Made by a program: the position numbers and the translations under genes. A stretch of DNA of 64,000 bases from an uncultured Pseudomonadota bacterium (GTDB lineage Bacteria; Vulcanimicrobiota; Vulcanimicrobiia; Eremiobacterales; Eremiobacteraceae), in the NCBI GenBank assembly GCA_963736005.1, contig CAVTNB010000003.1, positions 288,001-352,000 of the forward strand. The letters run 5' to 3'. Shown piece after piece: positions 50,228 through 60,821 of the stretch (the first letter of the stretch is position 1; the number at the start of each line of letters is the position of its first letter). The notes beneath the pieces were generated by a model that saw only the letters and a program-made list of their open reading frames with translations, did no database searches and was not told where the DNA came from.

Positions 50228-51745
50228 CTATGTTTTTTGGCTGACCGCAGCGAGGAAATATGCCGTCCTTTGCGGCGCACCACCTAAAGCTTGCGCTGCG
50301 GCTAAATTGTTTTTCGCGTCGGGGACGTTGGTCAAAATAAGATCGATCATTCCGGCAACGAAACGGCCAGGCTCATACGCAGGATTTACCTGCGTCGCCC
50401 TGTTGGCATTGACCGCAGCCGAACCGATATCACCAGTTTGCAGCTCTACAACCGCGAGACTCGTGTAGATTTCAGCGCGCCCTTGGCGCGAGAGAGCGGT
50501 ACCAAAGAGTGTTGCTGCTTGCTGCATGTCTCCATTCGCTTGGGCGGTGAGACCAGCGTAATATGGCCCGCGCCAATCATTGGGCGCAGCTTGTTCTGCG
50601 GCGCTAAATGCTTTGGAAGCCAATGCCATGCGGCCGCTGAGCAGAGCTGCAGCGCCGACGTTGAGCATCGCCTCGACGGCTGGCGGCCTACTTGCCAGCG
50701 CAAAATTGAGCCTCGTGTTGAGCACGGCGCTGGTTTGGCTCGCGTCGGCCTCCGGTAGTGAGCGAGTAAATCCGAGATCTTGCGTTACGTCAAGCAGATA
50801 GCTTCGCGCGTCACCGGAGACAATCGAAAGCGGCGTCGAGGTCGGAGCTGTTGCGATGATTCCGCCTTTCGGCGTGGCCGTTGCCCATGGTGGACGAGCC
50901 GGCGTTGGCGTTTGGATTGCGATGGGCGTCTCCACGATCGTCGTGTGCGCGTGCGTCAATGTTGGGGTTGGACTCGGCCGCGCAAGTGCAATGACCTTCG
51001 TAGGCGTGGGCACGGGGGATGGCGGGGGTGATGGCGCGGGTGACGGACTCGGGGCGGCAATTGGCTTGACCGTCAAGAGAGGACGCCGCGTTTTCGTGTT
51101 GCGTGGATCGACGCCTACCCTACGATAGAGAGCCACTGCTTCGCTCTTGCGCCCGAGTTTTTCGAGAGCCTCGGCACGACCGATCGTCGCCGGTCGATAG
51201 GTCGGCGAGCGACGCAGTTCGATTTCGAAGTCCGAAAGCGCAGCGGCGTAGAGCCCTTCTTCCAATTCCACCACGCCAAGGTCATAATGAATGAAGGGCT
51301 GGTCTGGAGCGGTCGCGGTGGCTACGCGAAGTTGCGCGTCGGCAAGCTCCTTTTTGCCTTGCTGCTCGTAGAGCTGCCCAAGCGCCACGAAATTCCAAGG
51401 ATAGTGCGGATCCGCGCTTTCCCCTGCGCGATAGTAGCGCTCAGCTGTTTGGGGATCATTTGCCCGCTGGGCGACGTTGCCGGCTCGGTTTGCGACGGAC
51501 GCGTCGGTTGGACTTTCCTGGACCGCACGCTGCGCAAGCGCAAGCGCCTGAGGAGCATCTCCTCGGGAAATGGCTTGCTCGGCCATATCCATCGCGCTCG
51601 CCTGCGTCTGCGTCGGAGTGCCCGCGTGCAGCCAACTGAGCCCGCCGAACTTGCCAGGCAAGAAATTCAGAATCACGGCAACAAGCGCTGCAGCCGCGAC
51701 CAGGATCGCGACCCAGACGAGAATCCGCTCGATCAGTTGCGCCAC
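50228..51745 (-). CDS. membrane-anchored TPR protein
   Basis: N-terminal TM; two TPR blocks separated by a Pro/Thr linker. Confidence 0.85.
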   Translation of the reverse strand: MAQLIERILVWVAILVAAAALVAVILNFLPGKFGGLSWLHAGTPTQTQASAMDMAEQAISRGDAPQALALAQRAVQESPTDASVANRAGNVAQRANDPQTAERYYRAGESADPHYPWNFVALGQLYEQQGKKELADAQLRVATATAPDQPFIHYDLGVVELEEGLYAAALSDFEIELRRSPTYRPATIGRAEALEKLGRKSEAVALYRRVGVDPRNTKTRRPLLTVKPIAAPSPSPAPSPPPSPVPTPTKVIALARPSPTPTLTHAHTTIVETPIAIQTPTPARPPWATATPKGGIIATAPTSTPLSIVSGDARSYLLDVTQDLGFTRSLPEADASQTSAVLNTRLNFALASRPPAVEAMLNVGAAALLSGRMALASKAFSAAEQAAPNDWRGPYYAGLTAQANGDMQQAATLFGTALSRQGRAEIYTSLAVVELQTGDIGSAAVNANRATQVNPAYEPGRFVAGMIDLILTNVPDAKNNLAAAQALGGAPQRTAYFLAAVSQKT

Positions 51746-51830
51746 GTGTTGTGCGTCTTCGCTCCAAAGGACTAGGCTGTTGCGACGTTGTGCCTATGGG
51801 CCCTGTATTTTATTCCTCGAAAGTTCGAGG

Positions 51831-54800
51831 ATGCGCTGCCTCCAGCGGCTGCCTAACCGAGCAGTTCGGTATTTGGCGTGGCTGTGTCTTTTTTTGATGC
51901 TCTTCCCAGGATTTGTGGTCGCTGCGGGCACGCCGACAACCGGGGCGGTCCCGGTAGTGACCAATATTTCCGGGGCAGTGTCGGTGCGGGGTCGCGACGG
52001 CGTGTCACGCGACGTTCTCTCGTCGCGCATCATTCACTCCGGCGACACCTTGATAACGGGCGTCGATTCGCTGGCGCTCGTCAATCTGGCCGATGTGGGC
52101 AGTGTGCGTATTGGACCGGCAAGCACGGCCATGGCGTCCGTTTCAGCGAGCAGCCTCTTCGTCAACATCTCGTCGGGATCGGCGTGTGCCCAAGCGCTGA
52201 GCCGCGGGGTGACGATAGCGGCGGGATCGCTGACCTTTGCGGCGGACGACCAAACCGCAATCTTCAGTCTCATACGCGATTCCAGCACGACAACAATCGC
52301 GGTATATCAAGGAAGCCTGACTGCCAGGCTCGGTAAGTCAAGTTCGTCTAAGCCTATCACTTTCAACGCTGGCGAGGCGGCGGTTAGTTCCGGAAACGGG
52401 GCGCTCCAACAAGTGGCGCTCGACAGCGTACAGCCGTCATTCGCCGCGCTCAAGTGTCCGGATGATGACGTCATCGCGCGCGTCATGCCCACACCGGCCC
52501 CCAGTGGCGGCCATGGTGGTGGAGGGGCAGGCGGAATTCTGGCGGCTCTTCTTGGCTTGGGTGCGATTGCGGCAGCAGCTGGCGGGCATGGTGGGGGTGG
52601 CGGGGGCGGTGGTTCGTCTCCGCCGACTGCTCCGCCATCGATTCCGCCGGGCACACTCAGTGTCAATCCAGGCAGCCTTTCGTTTCTGGTTGCCGGTCCG
52701 ACCCAAACGTTTACTGCTTCCGAATCTAGCTATTCTGGACCGATCAACGCCGCGAGCAACGATACCTCGGTCGCAACCGTAACGCCCGCATCAAGCCCCG
52801 GTCCGGGGCCCGTCACCTTTACGGTCACCCCGGTGGGTCAGGGCAGCACGACGATTGCAGTGACCGACAATCATGGCGGTTCGCAAAGCGTTAGCATCAC
52901 CGTGACGCCGCCGGGCGACCTCTCTGTCAATCCTGGCAGTCTGACGTTCGTCCTCCCGGGGGGATCGCAAACATTCAAAGCGAGCGAATCGTCGTACACT
53001 GGCGCGATCACAGCGCATAGCAACGATACGACCGTTGCAACAGTTTCTGGCTCGGGTAACGGTCCGGGTCCGGTCACGTTCACCGTTTCACCCGTCGGTG
53101 CAGGCACGACCACCATCACTGTGCACGGTGGAGCGGCGCCAGCCACGGTCAGCATCACGGTGGTTGGCCCGCTCACGACCGACAAAGGATCGCTTACGTT
53201 CCTCGGAACGACAACCAATCAAAACTTCACGGCAAGCGATCCGTCGTATACAGGCGCGCTCACCGCGATGAGTGGCGACATAACCGTGGCGACAGTCTCG
53301 CCGGCATCGCATGGTGGGCCCCAAGCGACATTTACGGTCACACCGGTTGCTTCAGGGAACACGACCATAACGGTTAGCGATACGCTTGGCGGCAGCGCCA
53401 CCGTGAATGTCAGCGTGTCAACGGGAGGGCTGACGGTAAATCCAACAAGCTTAACGCTTACGGTTGGTGGTTCCACAGAAACGTTTACCGGGAGCGAAGC
53501 AAACTACACGGGTCATATATCTGCGAGTAGCAACGACACCGGCAAAGCGACTGTCTCCCCGGCATTCGGTCCTGGTCCGGGTCCCGTGACGTTCACGGTC
53601 ACCCCGGTTTCGGCCGGCAACCCGGCTATCGCCATCACCGACAACCACGGAGGTGGCCCGATCTTCGTCAACCTCACAATCACGGGCCCGCTCACCTCAC
53701 CTGCAAACGTAACCTTTGATGGGTCGTCTTCGTCTCCGCAAAATGTCAATGTCACCGATCCTAATTATAACGGTAGCATCACTGCGAACAGTTCTGACGC
53801 CAGCGTCGCCACGGTCAACTCTCCACAAAACGGACCAAATGCCACGTTCTCTGTCACACCAAAAAAGCAAGGCACGGCGACTCTCACATTTACTGACGCG
53901 AATAACGGCAGCGACACAACGCTCGTGACTGTGAATCCCGGGTCGCTCACCGTCAGCACGTCGTCGGTCACGCTCAATGGAGCGGGCGACACCGCGCCAT
54001 TTACTTCTTCCGAACGTTTCTACACAGGCGCTATTTCAGCTGCGACCGATGATAACACGGTCGCCACCGTAAGCCCCGCTTCTGGCAGTGGGCCCGGCCC
54101 AGTATCGTTCACGATTACAGCGGTCGGACCAGGAACGACCAACATCACAGTGACGGATAACCACGGAGGCTCGCAGCCGATCAGCGTCACCGTTAACGCC
54201 ACGCCCGTCCTCTCCCCGGGCTCGCTGTCGTTCACGGACGTTGGCACGGGCAAGCCCGTCACTATCTCCGAACCTGGTTACAACGGAAACCTTACGCGCA
54301 CGGGCGACACGTGCGGATCAATGGGCATCGCGACCGTTCTTCCAAACCCGGTTGCCGTCTCGGGAACAATCACCGTCACTCCCTCGTCAACTGCTTCTGG
54401 CGGAACCTGCCAGTTTGCGTACAAGGATTCATTTGGCAATACGAGTGCACCAGTCACCGTTACCGTTGGGCCATTCGGGCCAGTCTCCCCAAATCCGACG
54501 TCCCTGACGTTTATGGACGTCGGAGCTGGCAATGCCCAAACGTTCACCGCGTCGGAAACCAAATATTCTGGACAGCTTACGATCGACGCAAGCGCGTGCG
54601 CCGGTATCGCAACGGTAAGCCCCAACTCGGGGGCGAGCGGCACAACCTTTACGGTCACGCCGGTTGGAAGTGGTGGCCCGTGCGATGTCAACGTCAGCGA
54701 CGACCATACGCAATCGGCCACGGTGAGCGTGACGGTTGGCCCGTTTGGGCTTGTGGTTCCCAGTCCCGGGAGCTTATCGCTGACCTTTACAGGACCCAAC

Positions 54801-55751
54801 AAATCGTTCACAGTGAGCGAGACCGGCTACAACGGGAACTTCACAATTGACCAAAGCTCGTGCACGTCGATAGCGAGCGTAAGCCCGAGTTCCGGCACCT
54901 CGTCCCAAACGTTTACCGTGATGCCGTTGGGCGCGGGCAACTGCGGGGTCGTCGTCAACGATGACCACAGCGGAACGGCAACCGTCGATGTGTTTGTCAC
55001 TGCGGGCTCGATCACTGTCACTCCGAACACGTTACAATTCCCAGCAAACAGCACTGGCACCATGACCTTCGTTGCATCCGACAGCGCGTGCGGTGTGTTG
55101 GATACGATGACCGCAACAGCCGATGGCACCATCGCCGCAAGCGTGTCACCAAGCGGAATAACCTTGTGCCAAGGCGCCAACATTACGTACACGGTCACAG
55201 CAGGCGGATCTAACGGCCGGGGCTCAGTGATGCTCATCGATACAGCAGGTGGCGCGGCTACTGTCAGCGTGGGTGTGGGCATGAGCCCGCTTAACAAGAA
55301 GCATCATCCAGCTGGTTTGCATAAAGGGGTCCCGTTGGCACCTGGACATACTCGCCCGGGCGGAGTCCGAACCCCCTTGCCATTACCCGTACCGTTGAGA
55401 CCGGTTTCGCCTGGCACTCCGATTGGAGGCGGCGCTTCGCCCCCGTCGGCATCGAATAATCCGCTTGAGACATCCGCAAGCACTCTGATGCTCGTGTCGT
55501 CAGGGCCTGCTCAATCGGTCCGCGTCTCGGAGGCGGGATATGCGCGTCAGTTCACCATCCTGAGTTCGAACGCCAGCGTCGCTATGACGAGTCTTCAAAC
55601 GGCTGCCGGACCAACCGTGACGCTCACCATCTCACCACGCGCGGCAGGCACCGCGACGATCCGAATAGCCGACGACCACGGTGGCGTGCAGACAATCCAA
55701 GTTATCGTGCGTCCGAACGGACCCAAGAGTCCGCCGCTACAAAGATTCTAG
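51831..55751 (+). CDS. large FecR-like + tandem Ig-like repeat surface protein
   Basis: GDTLITG..S.A FecR-like N-terminus; ~85-aa repeats (P.SL.F....FTASE..Y.G.I...S.D..VATV...TFTVTPV..G). Confidence 0.8.
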   Translation: MRCLQRLPNRAVRYLAWLCLFLMLFPGFVVAAGTPTTGAVPVVTNISGAVSVRGRDGVSRDVLSSRIIHSGDTLITGVDSLALVNLADVGSVRIGPASTAMASVSASSLFVNISSGSACAQALSRGVTIAAGSLTFAADDQTAIFSLIRDSSTTTIAVYQGSLTARLGKSSSSKPITFNAGEAAVSSGNGALQQVALDSVQPSFAALKCPDDDVIARVMPTPAPSGGHGGGGAGGILAALLGLGAIAAAAGGHGGGGGGGGSSPPTAPPSIPPGTLSVNPGSLSFLVAGPTQTFTASESSYSGPINAASNDTSVATVTPASSPGPGPVTFTVTPVGQGSTTIAVTDNHGGSQSVSITVTPPGDLSVNPGSLTFVLPGGSQTFKASESSYTGAITAHSNDTTVATVSGSGNGPGPVTFTVSPVGAGTTTITVHGGAAPATVSITVVGPLTTDKGSLTFLGTTTNQNFTASDPSYTGALTAMSGDITVATVSPASHGGPQATFTVTPVASGNTTITVSDTLGGSATVNVSVSTGGLTVNPTSLTLTVGGSTETFTGSEANYTGHISASSNDTGKATVSPAFGPGPGPVTFTVTPVSAGNPAIAITDNHGGGPIFVNLTITGPLTSPANVTFDGSSSSPQNVNVTDPNYNGSITANSSDASVATVNSPQNGPNATFSVTPKKQGTATLTFTDANNGSDTTLVTVNPGSLTVSTSSVTLNGAGDTAPFTSSERFYTGAISAATDDNTVATVSPASGSGPGPVSFTITAVGPGTTNITVTDNHGGSQPISVTVNATPVLSPGSLSFTDVGTGKPVTISEPGYNGNLTRTGDTCGSMGIATVLPNPVAVSGTITVTPSSTASGGTCQFAYKDSFGNTSAPVTVTVGPFGPVSPNPTSLTFMDVGAGNAQTFTASETKYSGQLTIDASACAGIATVSPNSGASGTTFTVTPVGSGGPCDVNVSDDHTQSATVSVTVGPFGLVVPSPGSLSLTFTGPNKSFTVSETGYNGNFTIDQSSCTSIASVSPSSGTSSQTFTVMPLGAGNCGVVVNDDHSGTATVDVFVTAGSITVTPNTLQFPANSTGTMTFVASDSACGVLDTMTATADGTIAASVSPSGITLCQGANITYTVTAGGSNGRGSVMLIDTAGGAATVSVGVGMSPLNKKHHPAGLHKGVPLAPGHTRPGGVRTPLPLPVPLRPVSPGTPIGGGASPPSASNNPLETSASTLMLVSSGPAQSVRVSEAGYARQFTILSSNASVAMTSLQTAAGPTVTLTISPRAAGTATIRIADDHGGVQTIQVIVRPNGPKSPPLQRF

Positions 55752-55758
55752 CCGTTTA

Positions 55759-55784
55759 AGCGGACCTAAAGGTCCGCTGCTACA
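55759..55784 (-). repeat. GTAG-type REP palindrome (family 1)
   Basis: AGCGGACCTAAAGGTCCGCTGCTACA, identical to 59395. Confidence 0.85.
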
Positions 55785-55798
55785 ATACTTCAGGCTCG

Positions 55799-56629
55799 AT
55801 GAAGCACGAGCTGGAAGACACCTTTGGCGATATCGTTCGCAAAGCGAGTGATGGTACCAAGACCCGCATTGAAAGCCTGAGCGCCGAGACGGGCATTCCC
55901 GTAGCTCGGTTGAGAACGTTTCTCGCCGACGAGACCCAGCCTACAGAGGCAGAGGCAAAGGCCATCGCCCTTGCTCTGGGGTTGGACGTCGCGAAACTGG
56001 TCGATTCCGGACTGAAGCGCTGGTATCCGAAAGAAAAGGCACTCCCAAATTTTCTCGCTCACCAAATCAACGCGCCGCATCCAAGCAACGGGTATTTCTT
56101 GTTTCTTCGTGACCGCAAGATCGGCGCGTTTGTCGATCCTGCGGGCCGGCCTTCGAACATCATCGACGGCTTTAAGAGCGCCGGCATCGACCTCCAATAC
56201 ATCTTGCTCACTCACAAACATCTCGATCACAGTGACGCACTCGAACCCGTGCGCAAGGCATTTCCCAACGCAACGCCGGTCATCCATCTTCTCGATGGCA
56301 TAACGCTCGGTGGGGCAGCGCGCGATGCGACCCCGATCGTCGATGGCGCCAGCCTTCCATTCGGCGATGGTGAGATCCGCATGCTGTACACCCCCGGTCA
56401 CACCGATGGATCATCGTGCTTCATCTATCAAGGAAATATTTTTACGGGCGACACCATGTTTGCCGGCTCGCTGGGTAAGCTATTTGGCGATCGCTTCGGC
56501 TATGCCGATTTGCTGCGCAACGCCCGATCGAAGATTCTTTCACTCCCGGAAGAGACTGTCGTGTTCCCAGGACACGGCCCGGCCTCGACAATCGCGCAGG
56601 AGCGTGCGCACAATCCGTTTTTCCCCTAA
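55799..56629 (+). CDS. HTH-fused MBL-fold metallo-hydrolase
   Basis: THKHLDH, TPGHT, FTGD, PGHG; N-terminal XRE-like helices. Confidence 0.9.
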   Translation: MKHELEDTFGDIVRKASDGTKTRIESLSAETGIPVARLRTFLADETQPTEAEAKAIALALGLDVAKLVDSGLKRWYPKEKALPNFLAHQINAPHPSNGYFLFLRDRKIGAFVDPAGRPSNIIDGFKSAGIDLQYILLTHKHLDHSDALEPVRKAFPNATPVIHLLDGITLGGAARDATPIVDGASLPFGDGEIRMLYTPGHTDGSSCFIYQGNIFTGDTMFAGSLGKLFGDRFGYADLLRNARSKILSLPEETVVFPGHGPASTIAQERAHNPFFP

Positions 56630-56696
56630 TACATTCCTCATGTGAGCTGGCTCCGCGGCGAAGGCCGGTTCGAATGAGGCCACGAAGTTTTCCCCA

Positions 56697-57620
56697 ATGC
56701 GTTTCGAAAGAATTTTGCGAGCCCAACCCGTCATTGCCATTGCCATCATTTGGGTGCTTGCCGGATGCAGCACAAATGCGGGCTTCGGCACCCCCGTCTC
56801 CGGACCACAACCGGTGAGCAACGGTTATCCGCAGCCCGGAGTTAACTCGCCAGAACCAGTTGGCAGCGGTTTTTTTAACCCAAATGCCACGCCCTCACCG
56901 TATGGATCTCCGGAGCCCTCTCCCACACCCGTGCCCAACACGCTGTCGATTGTCGGTGCAGCGCTCCGCCTAGCCTACGATGGATCGGCCAAGGATCCCA
57001 CAAAGGCGCCTCGCCTGGTTGAGTTGTCGTTTGCCTTGCAAAACACAACCCAGAACTCAGCCAAGATTGCCACGGTGAGCGCGCATGGCGATACGACGGC
57101 TTTCCCCGATTTTCCGATCTCGCTGACCGCACCGCCAAATCAAACTTCTGCGGTTGCATCGCTTGTCGTCAAGACCTCCGACGACCCGCTGAAATACAAG
57201 AGCATTCTTTTCTCCTTCCTCGACGGGCAAAGAAAGATGCTTGGCTCTGTGAAGCTCGACGTTCCCCAACCTGATTCCACCTTCACGGGTCTTGACGTGA
57301 AGCACCCGAAGGGACCCTTATCGATTGATGGTGCTGAAATTTCCCCGATTAACGCGGGTCAAAGCGTGCATTTTGAATGCACGTTTGCCGTGACGAATCC
57401 CGGTGCCGCCCCGGCTTCGATTGCCGAGTTCGACATACGGCCGCCCAAAGGCAACACCATTAAGATTGCCATACCAATGGTTGTGCCGGCGCGGTCCGCA
57501 TCCGGGTTTGTGAGCATCGTCGTACCGTACAACGGCAAGAACCTACCGTCCGGCAACTATGTGATCACGGCGCAGCAGAGCGGAATCGTTCTTGCAAGCG
57601 CGTCGGCAGTATTGCTCTAA
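56697..57620 (+). CDS. lipoprotein, hypothetical
   Basis: Lipobox LAGC, Pro-rich linker, two beta-rich domains. Confidence 0.75.
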   Translation: MRFERILRAQPVIAIAIIWVLAGCSTNAGFGTPVSGPQPVSNGYPQPGVNSPEPVGSGFFNPNATPSPYGSPEPSPTPVPNTLSIVGAALRLAYDGSAKDPTKAPRLVELSFALQNTTQNSAKIATVSAHGDTTAFPDFPISLTAPPNQTSAVASLVVKTSDDPLKYKSILFSFLDGQRKMLGSVKLDVPQPDSTFTGLDVKHPKGPLSIDGAEISPINAGQSVHFECTFAVTNPGAAPASIAEFDIRPPKGNTIKIAIPMVVPARSASGFVSIVVPYNGKNLPSGNYVITAQQSGIVLASASAVLL

Positions 57621-57641
57621 CTCAACAGCAAAAGGGAACGC

Positions 57642-59389
57642 ATGCCTCGGGAACGTGACGTCCTCGAAGTTGACGTCCTCTTTGTCGGCGCTGGTCCGGC
57701 AAGTTTGGGCGGTGCTATTCGCCTTGCGCAGCTGTACCGAGCACACAACGAGGCCATACAAGCCGGCACAAAGACCGGTCCGAAGCTTTCGACCGACAAC
57801 ATCCTCGTCATCGACAAAGCAAAAAACATTGGCGACCACGGTATCTCTGGGGCGGTGCTCGATCCGCGCAGTATGATCGAACTTTTTGGGGATTTCCTCG
57901 GGTGCCGGATGTCCAGTTGAATCGCCGGTGACATCCGACGAGTTCTGGTTGCTGTCGAAGTCGGAGCGAATCAAGGCGCCGTTCTTGCCGCCGCCCATGA
58001 ACAATCACGGCAAATATGTGGCAAGCCTCAACAAACTTGTGAAGTGGCTGGCAAGTCAGGCTGAAGCTCTCGGCGTCCAAGTCTTCGCGGAAACGGCGGG
58101 TCAAGAGCTGCTCTACGACGGCGATCGCGTGATCGGCGTGAGAACTGGCGACAAGGGTGTCGACCGCAATGGTCAGCCAAAACCAAACTACGAAGCGGGC
58201 CCCGATCTTCTGGCGAAAGTGGCTGTCTTAGGCGAAGGTCCGCGCGGCACGCTTGCCAAGCAACTCGACCGCAAGCTCCAACTCTCAAACGGACGCAATC
58301 CACAAGTCTATTCCATCGGGATCAAAGAGCTGTGGCAGATGCCGAAGGGCTCGACCCCGGCCGGAGCAGTGATTCACACGCTTGGGTATCCGTTGAAACC
58401 AGAGACGTTTGGCGGCGGCTTCATTTATTCTATGGCTGACGATATTTGGGATGTCGGATATGTTGTGGGTCTGGATTATCGCGACCCGATCCTTGAGCCG
58501 CACGCCGAGTTTCAAAAATTCAAGGAGCACCCTACGGTGGCGGCCTTGCTTGCGGGCGGTCAGATGTTCCGCTACGGGGCAAAGGCGATTCCCGAGGGCG
58601 GCTGGTGGTCGATCCCTCACCCTTATGCTGACGGCGTGCTGCTCATTGGCGATACCGCGAGCATGCTCAATCCGCATGCGACTCAAAGGCATCCATCTCG
58701 CGCTCAAGTCCGGGATGCTGGCGGCGGAGACGTGCCTCGAAGCCATCCTCGCAAACCAAGGTAGCGGCGGACCTTTAGGTCCGCTCTCCGGGTACCAAGA
58801 TCGCATAGAACATTCATGGATCCGAACCGAGCTCTATGCCGCGCGCAATTTCCATCAAGGATTCAAACGCGGCAGAATTGCCGGCATGATCAACGCGGCA
58901 CTCGGACATATCACGGGCGGACGAGGCTTTGGAATCTACGACCGCCTGCCCGGCGATGCGGGCTATGAACGCATGGAGAAACTGGTCGATTATTTTGGCC
59001 GCAACGTGCCTGGCTTCGAACGGCCGAAATACGACGGTAAGCTCACCTTCAACAAGCTTGATGACGTTTTCCGCAGCGGCACGAAGCATGACGAAAATAG
59101 TCCGTGTCACTTGCACGTGGCCGATACGAATATCTGCGCCACCCAATGCGCGCACGAGTTCGGCAACCCATGTCAGTATTTTTGTCCGGCGGCCGTCTAC
59201 GAAATGGTGCCGGCTGCCGTTGGGAGCGCGACGATCACCAAAAACGGCTTCAGCCGATTCGGGCAAGCGCTTGCAGATCAATTTCGCAAACTGCGTGCAC
59301 TGCAAGACGTGCGACATCATGGACCCGTATCAGATCATCGACTGGGTGCCCCCGAGGGCGGCGGCGGTCCGGTGTATACGGGATTGTAG
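57642..59389 (+). pseudogene. ETF-ubiquinone oxidoreductase, four apparent frameshifts
   Basis: VGAGPA, SGAVLDP, GIKELW, GAKAIPEGG, LKGIHLA.KSG, CPAAVYE, NCVHCKTCDI and PEGGGGP.Y motifs are spread over different frames. Confidence 0.85.
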
Positions 59390-59394
59390 CGCAA

Positions 59395-59493
59395 AGCGGA
59401 CCTAAAGGTCCGCTGCTACATTTATAGGACGAACGCGCGAATAAATTCGCGCGACTACATTGGGGAGCGCGCGAATAAATTCGCGCGACTACA
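59395..59493 (-). repeat. cluster of three REP palindromes
   Basis: Family 1 at 59395-59420; family 2 at 59434-59459 and 59468-59493. Confidence 0.85.
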
Positions 59494-59504
59494 TGGGCGT
59501 GGGT

Positions 59505-60821
59505 TTATTGGAGGAAGGTTTGCTCGAACAGCGCGTTAACCCAGCCGAACTCTCGCCGGGTATAGCGGCGCGGATCGTTAACATCGAAGGACTCGTGGAG
59601 CGCGCCATCGCCCGCGTTTGAGAGCGCAAGCTCGCGCACGATCTGGTTCTTCTCCTCGGCTCCCGTGGCCGTGCGGTATTGGACGATGAGACTCATCGGC
59701 CACACATAGTTCCAGGGCGTGTGCGCGCTGCCGACGCCGCTTGCATAGCGGCCATGATAGTAATACGGATTACCCGGGCTAAGCACAAAGGCACGCGTCG
59801 CCGCATTCACGCGCTTATTGTAACCGTAGCCCAGCAGTGGCGCGGAGAGCAAGCTTGGCACATTTGCGTCGTCCATGAACTTCGCATGCCCCAAACCATC
59901 AATTTCGTAGGCATAAATCCAGCCATGCCGCGGCGACCAGAAGACCGCTCTGGCTTCAATCGCTTCCGAAATGCGTTCCGCTGCGATCAGCGCTTTGTGG
60001 GCGCTCGTCTCGTCGTTGTAACGATCGTGAAAAAGCGTTGCCATGTCACGCAGGGTGGTGGCCGCAAACATATTCTCGGGAATGTTGTAGTTGTAAGCCT
60101 GGGGATCGTCGCTAGGCCGGTAGGCGCTCCAGACAAGACCCGTGCCGTCCTTCGCTGCGTGCTCGTTGCGGTGATAGGTCGAGTGATCGTTGTGTTGTTG
60201 CTCGACGAGCAGCGTTTTCAAAATGATGTGCAGTTCAGCATAGAAGTGCGGGTCGTAAATCGATTCGTCGCCGGTCGTTCTCACGTACTGCTCCGCTAGC
60301 CTGACCGGATAGCAAAGCGAGTCGAGTTCGAACTTTCGCTCGGCGACTCCATAGTCGCGATGAAAGGCGTTCGCATACGGATCGATGGCAATGAGCCGTT
60401 CTTGCCGGGCGATAACGCCATGAATGAGCGTACGATCGTGAAGCATCGACATTGCTTGGACGCTCGAGTCGCGTAACCACATGGCATCGATGTCGCCCGT
60501 GCTGACGTACGTGGTGCTGTCAGATGTTCGAAAAAATAACGCGGCATTGACGTCGACCGCGTGAGGATAGATCGCTGCGATATCGGCAGCGCCGCCGGTG
60601 GACACGCACGAGAGCACGGCGAGGAGTGCTGCACCAAGCAACTGGACGACGACGCGGGCGGGCTTGCGAGCGGCAGGCTTACTGCCTGCCGCATAATGAT
60701 TCGGTTCTTGGCTGCTCGCGTCGGAAATAGTCACAGAATAGTTATCGTCGCTTGGGCGGCAAGTTTCAGCGACATCAAGCGGGCCATACGTCCACGACCG
60801 GAGAGTCCTCAACCACCGCAA
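59505..60821 (-). CDS. GH125 exo-alpha-mannosidase family protein (true start probably ~60650)
   Basis: TGDIDAMWLRDSS, DPYANAF, ERKFELDSLCY, RPSDD, MDDANVPSLL, LHESF, F.W.N.LF. Confidence 0.92.
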   Translation of the reverse strand: MRWLRTLRSWTYGPLDVAETCRPSDDNYSVTISDASSQEPNHYAAGSKPAARKPARVVVQLLGAALLAVLSCVSTGGAADIAAIYPHAVDVNAALFFRTSDSTTYVSTGDIDAMWLRDSSVQAMSMLHDRTLIHGVIARQERLIAIDPYANAFHRDYGVAERKFELDSLCYPVRLAEQYVRTTGDESIYDPHFYAELHIILKTLLVEQQHNDHSTYHRNEHAAKDGTGLVWSAYRPSDDPQAYNYNIPENMFAATTLRDMATLFHDRYNDETSAHKALIAAERISEAIEARAVFWSPRHGWIYAYEIDGLGHAKFMDDANVPSLLSAPLLGYGYNKRVNAATRAFVLSPGNPYYYHGRYASGVGSAHTPWNYVWPMSLIVQYRTATGAEEKNQIVRELALSNAGDGALHESFDVNDPRRYTRREFGWVNALFEQTFLQ

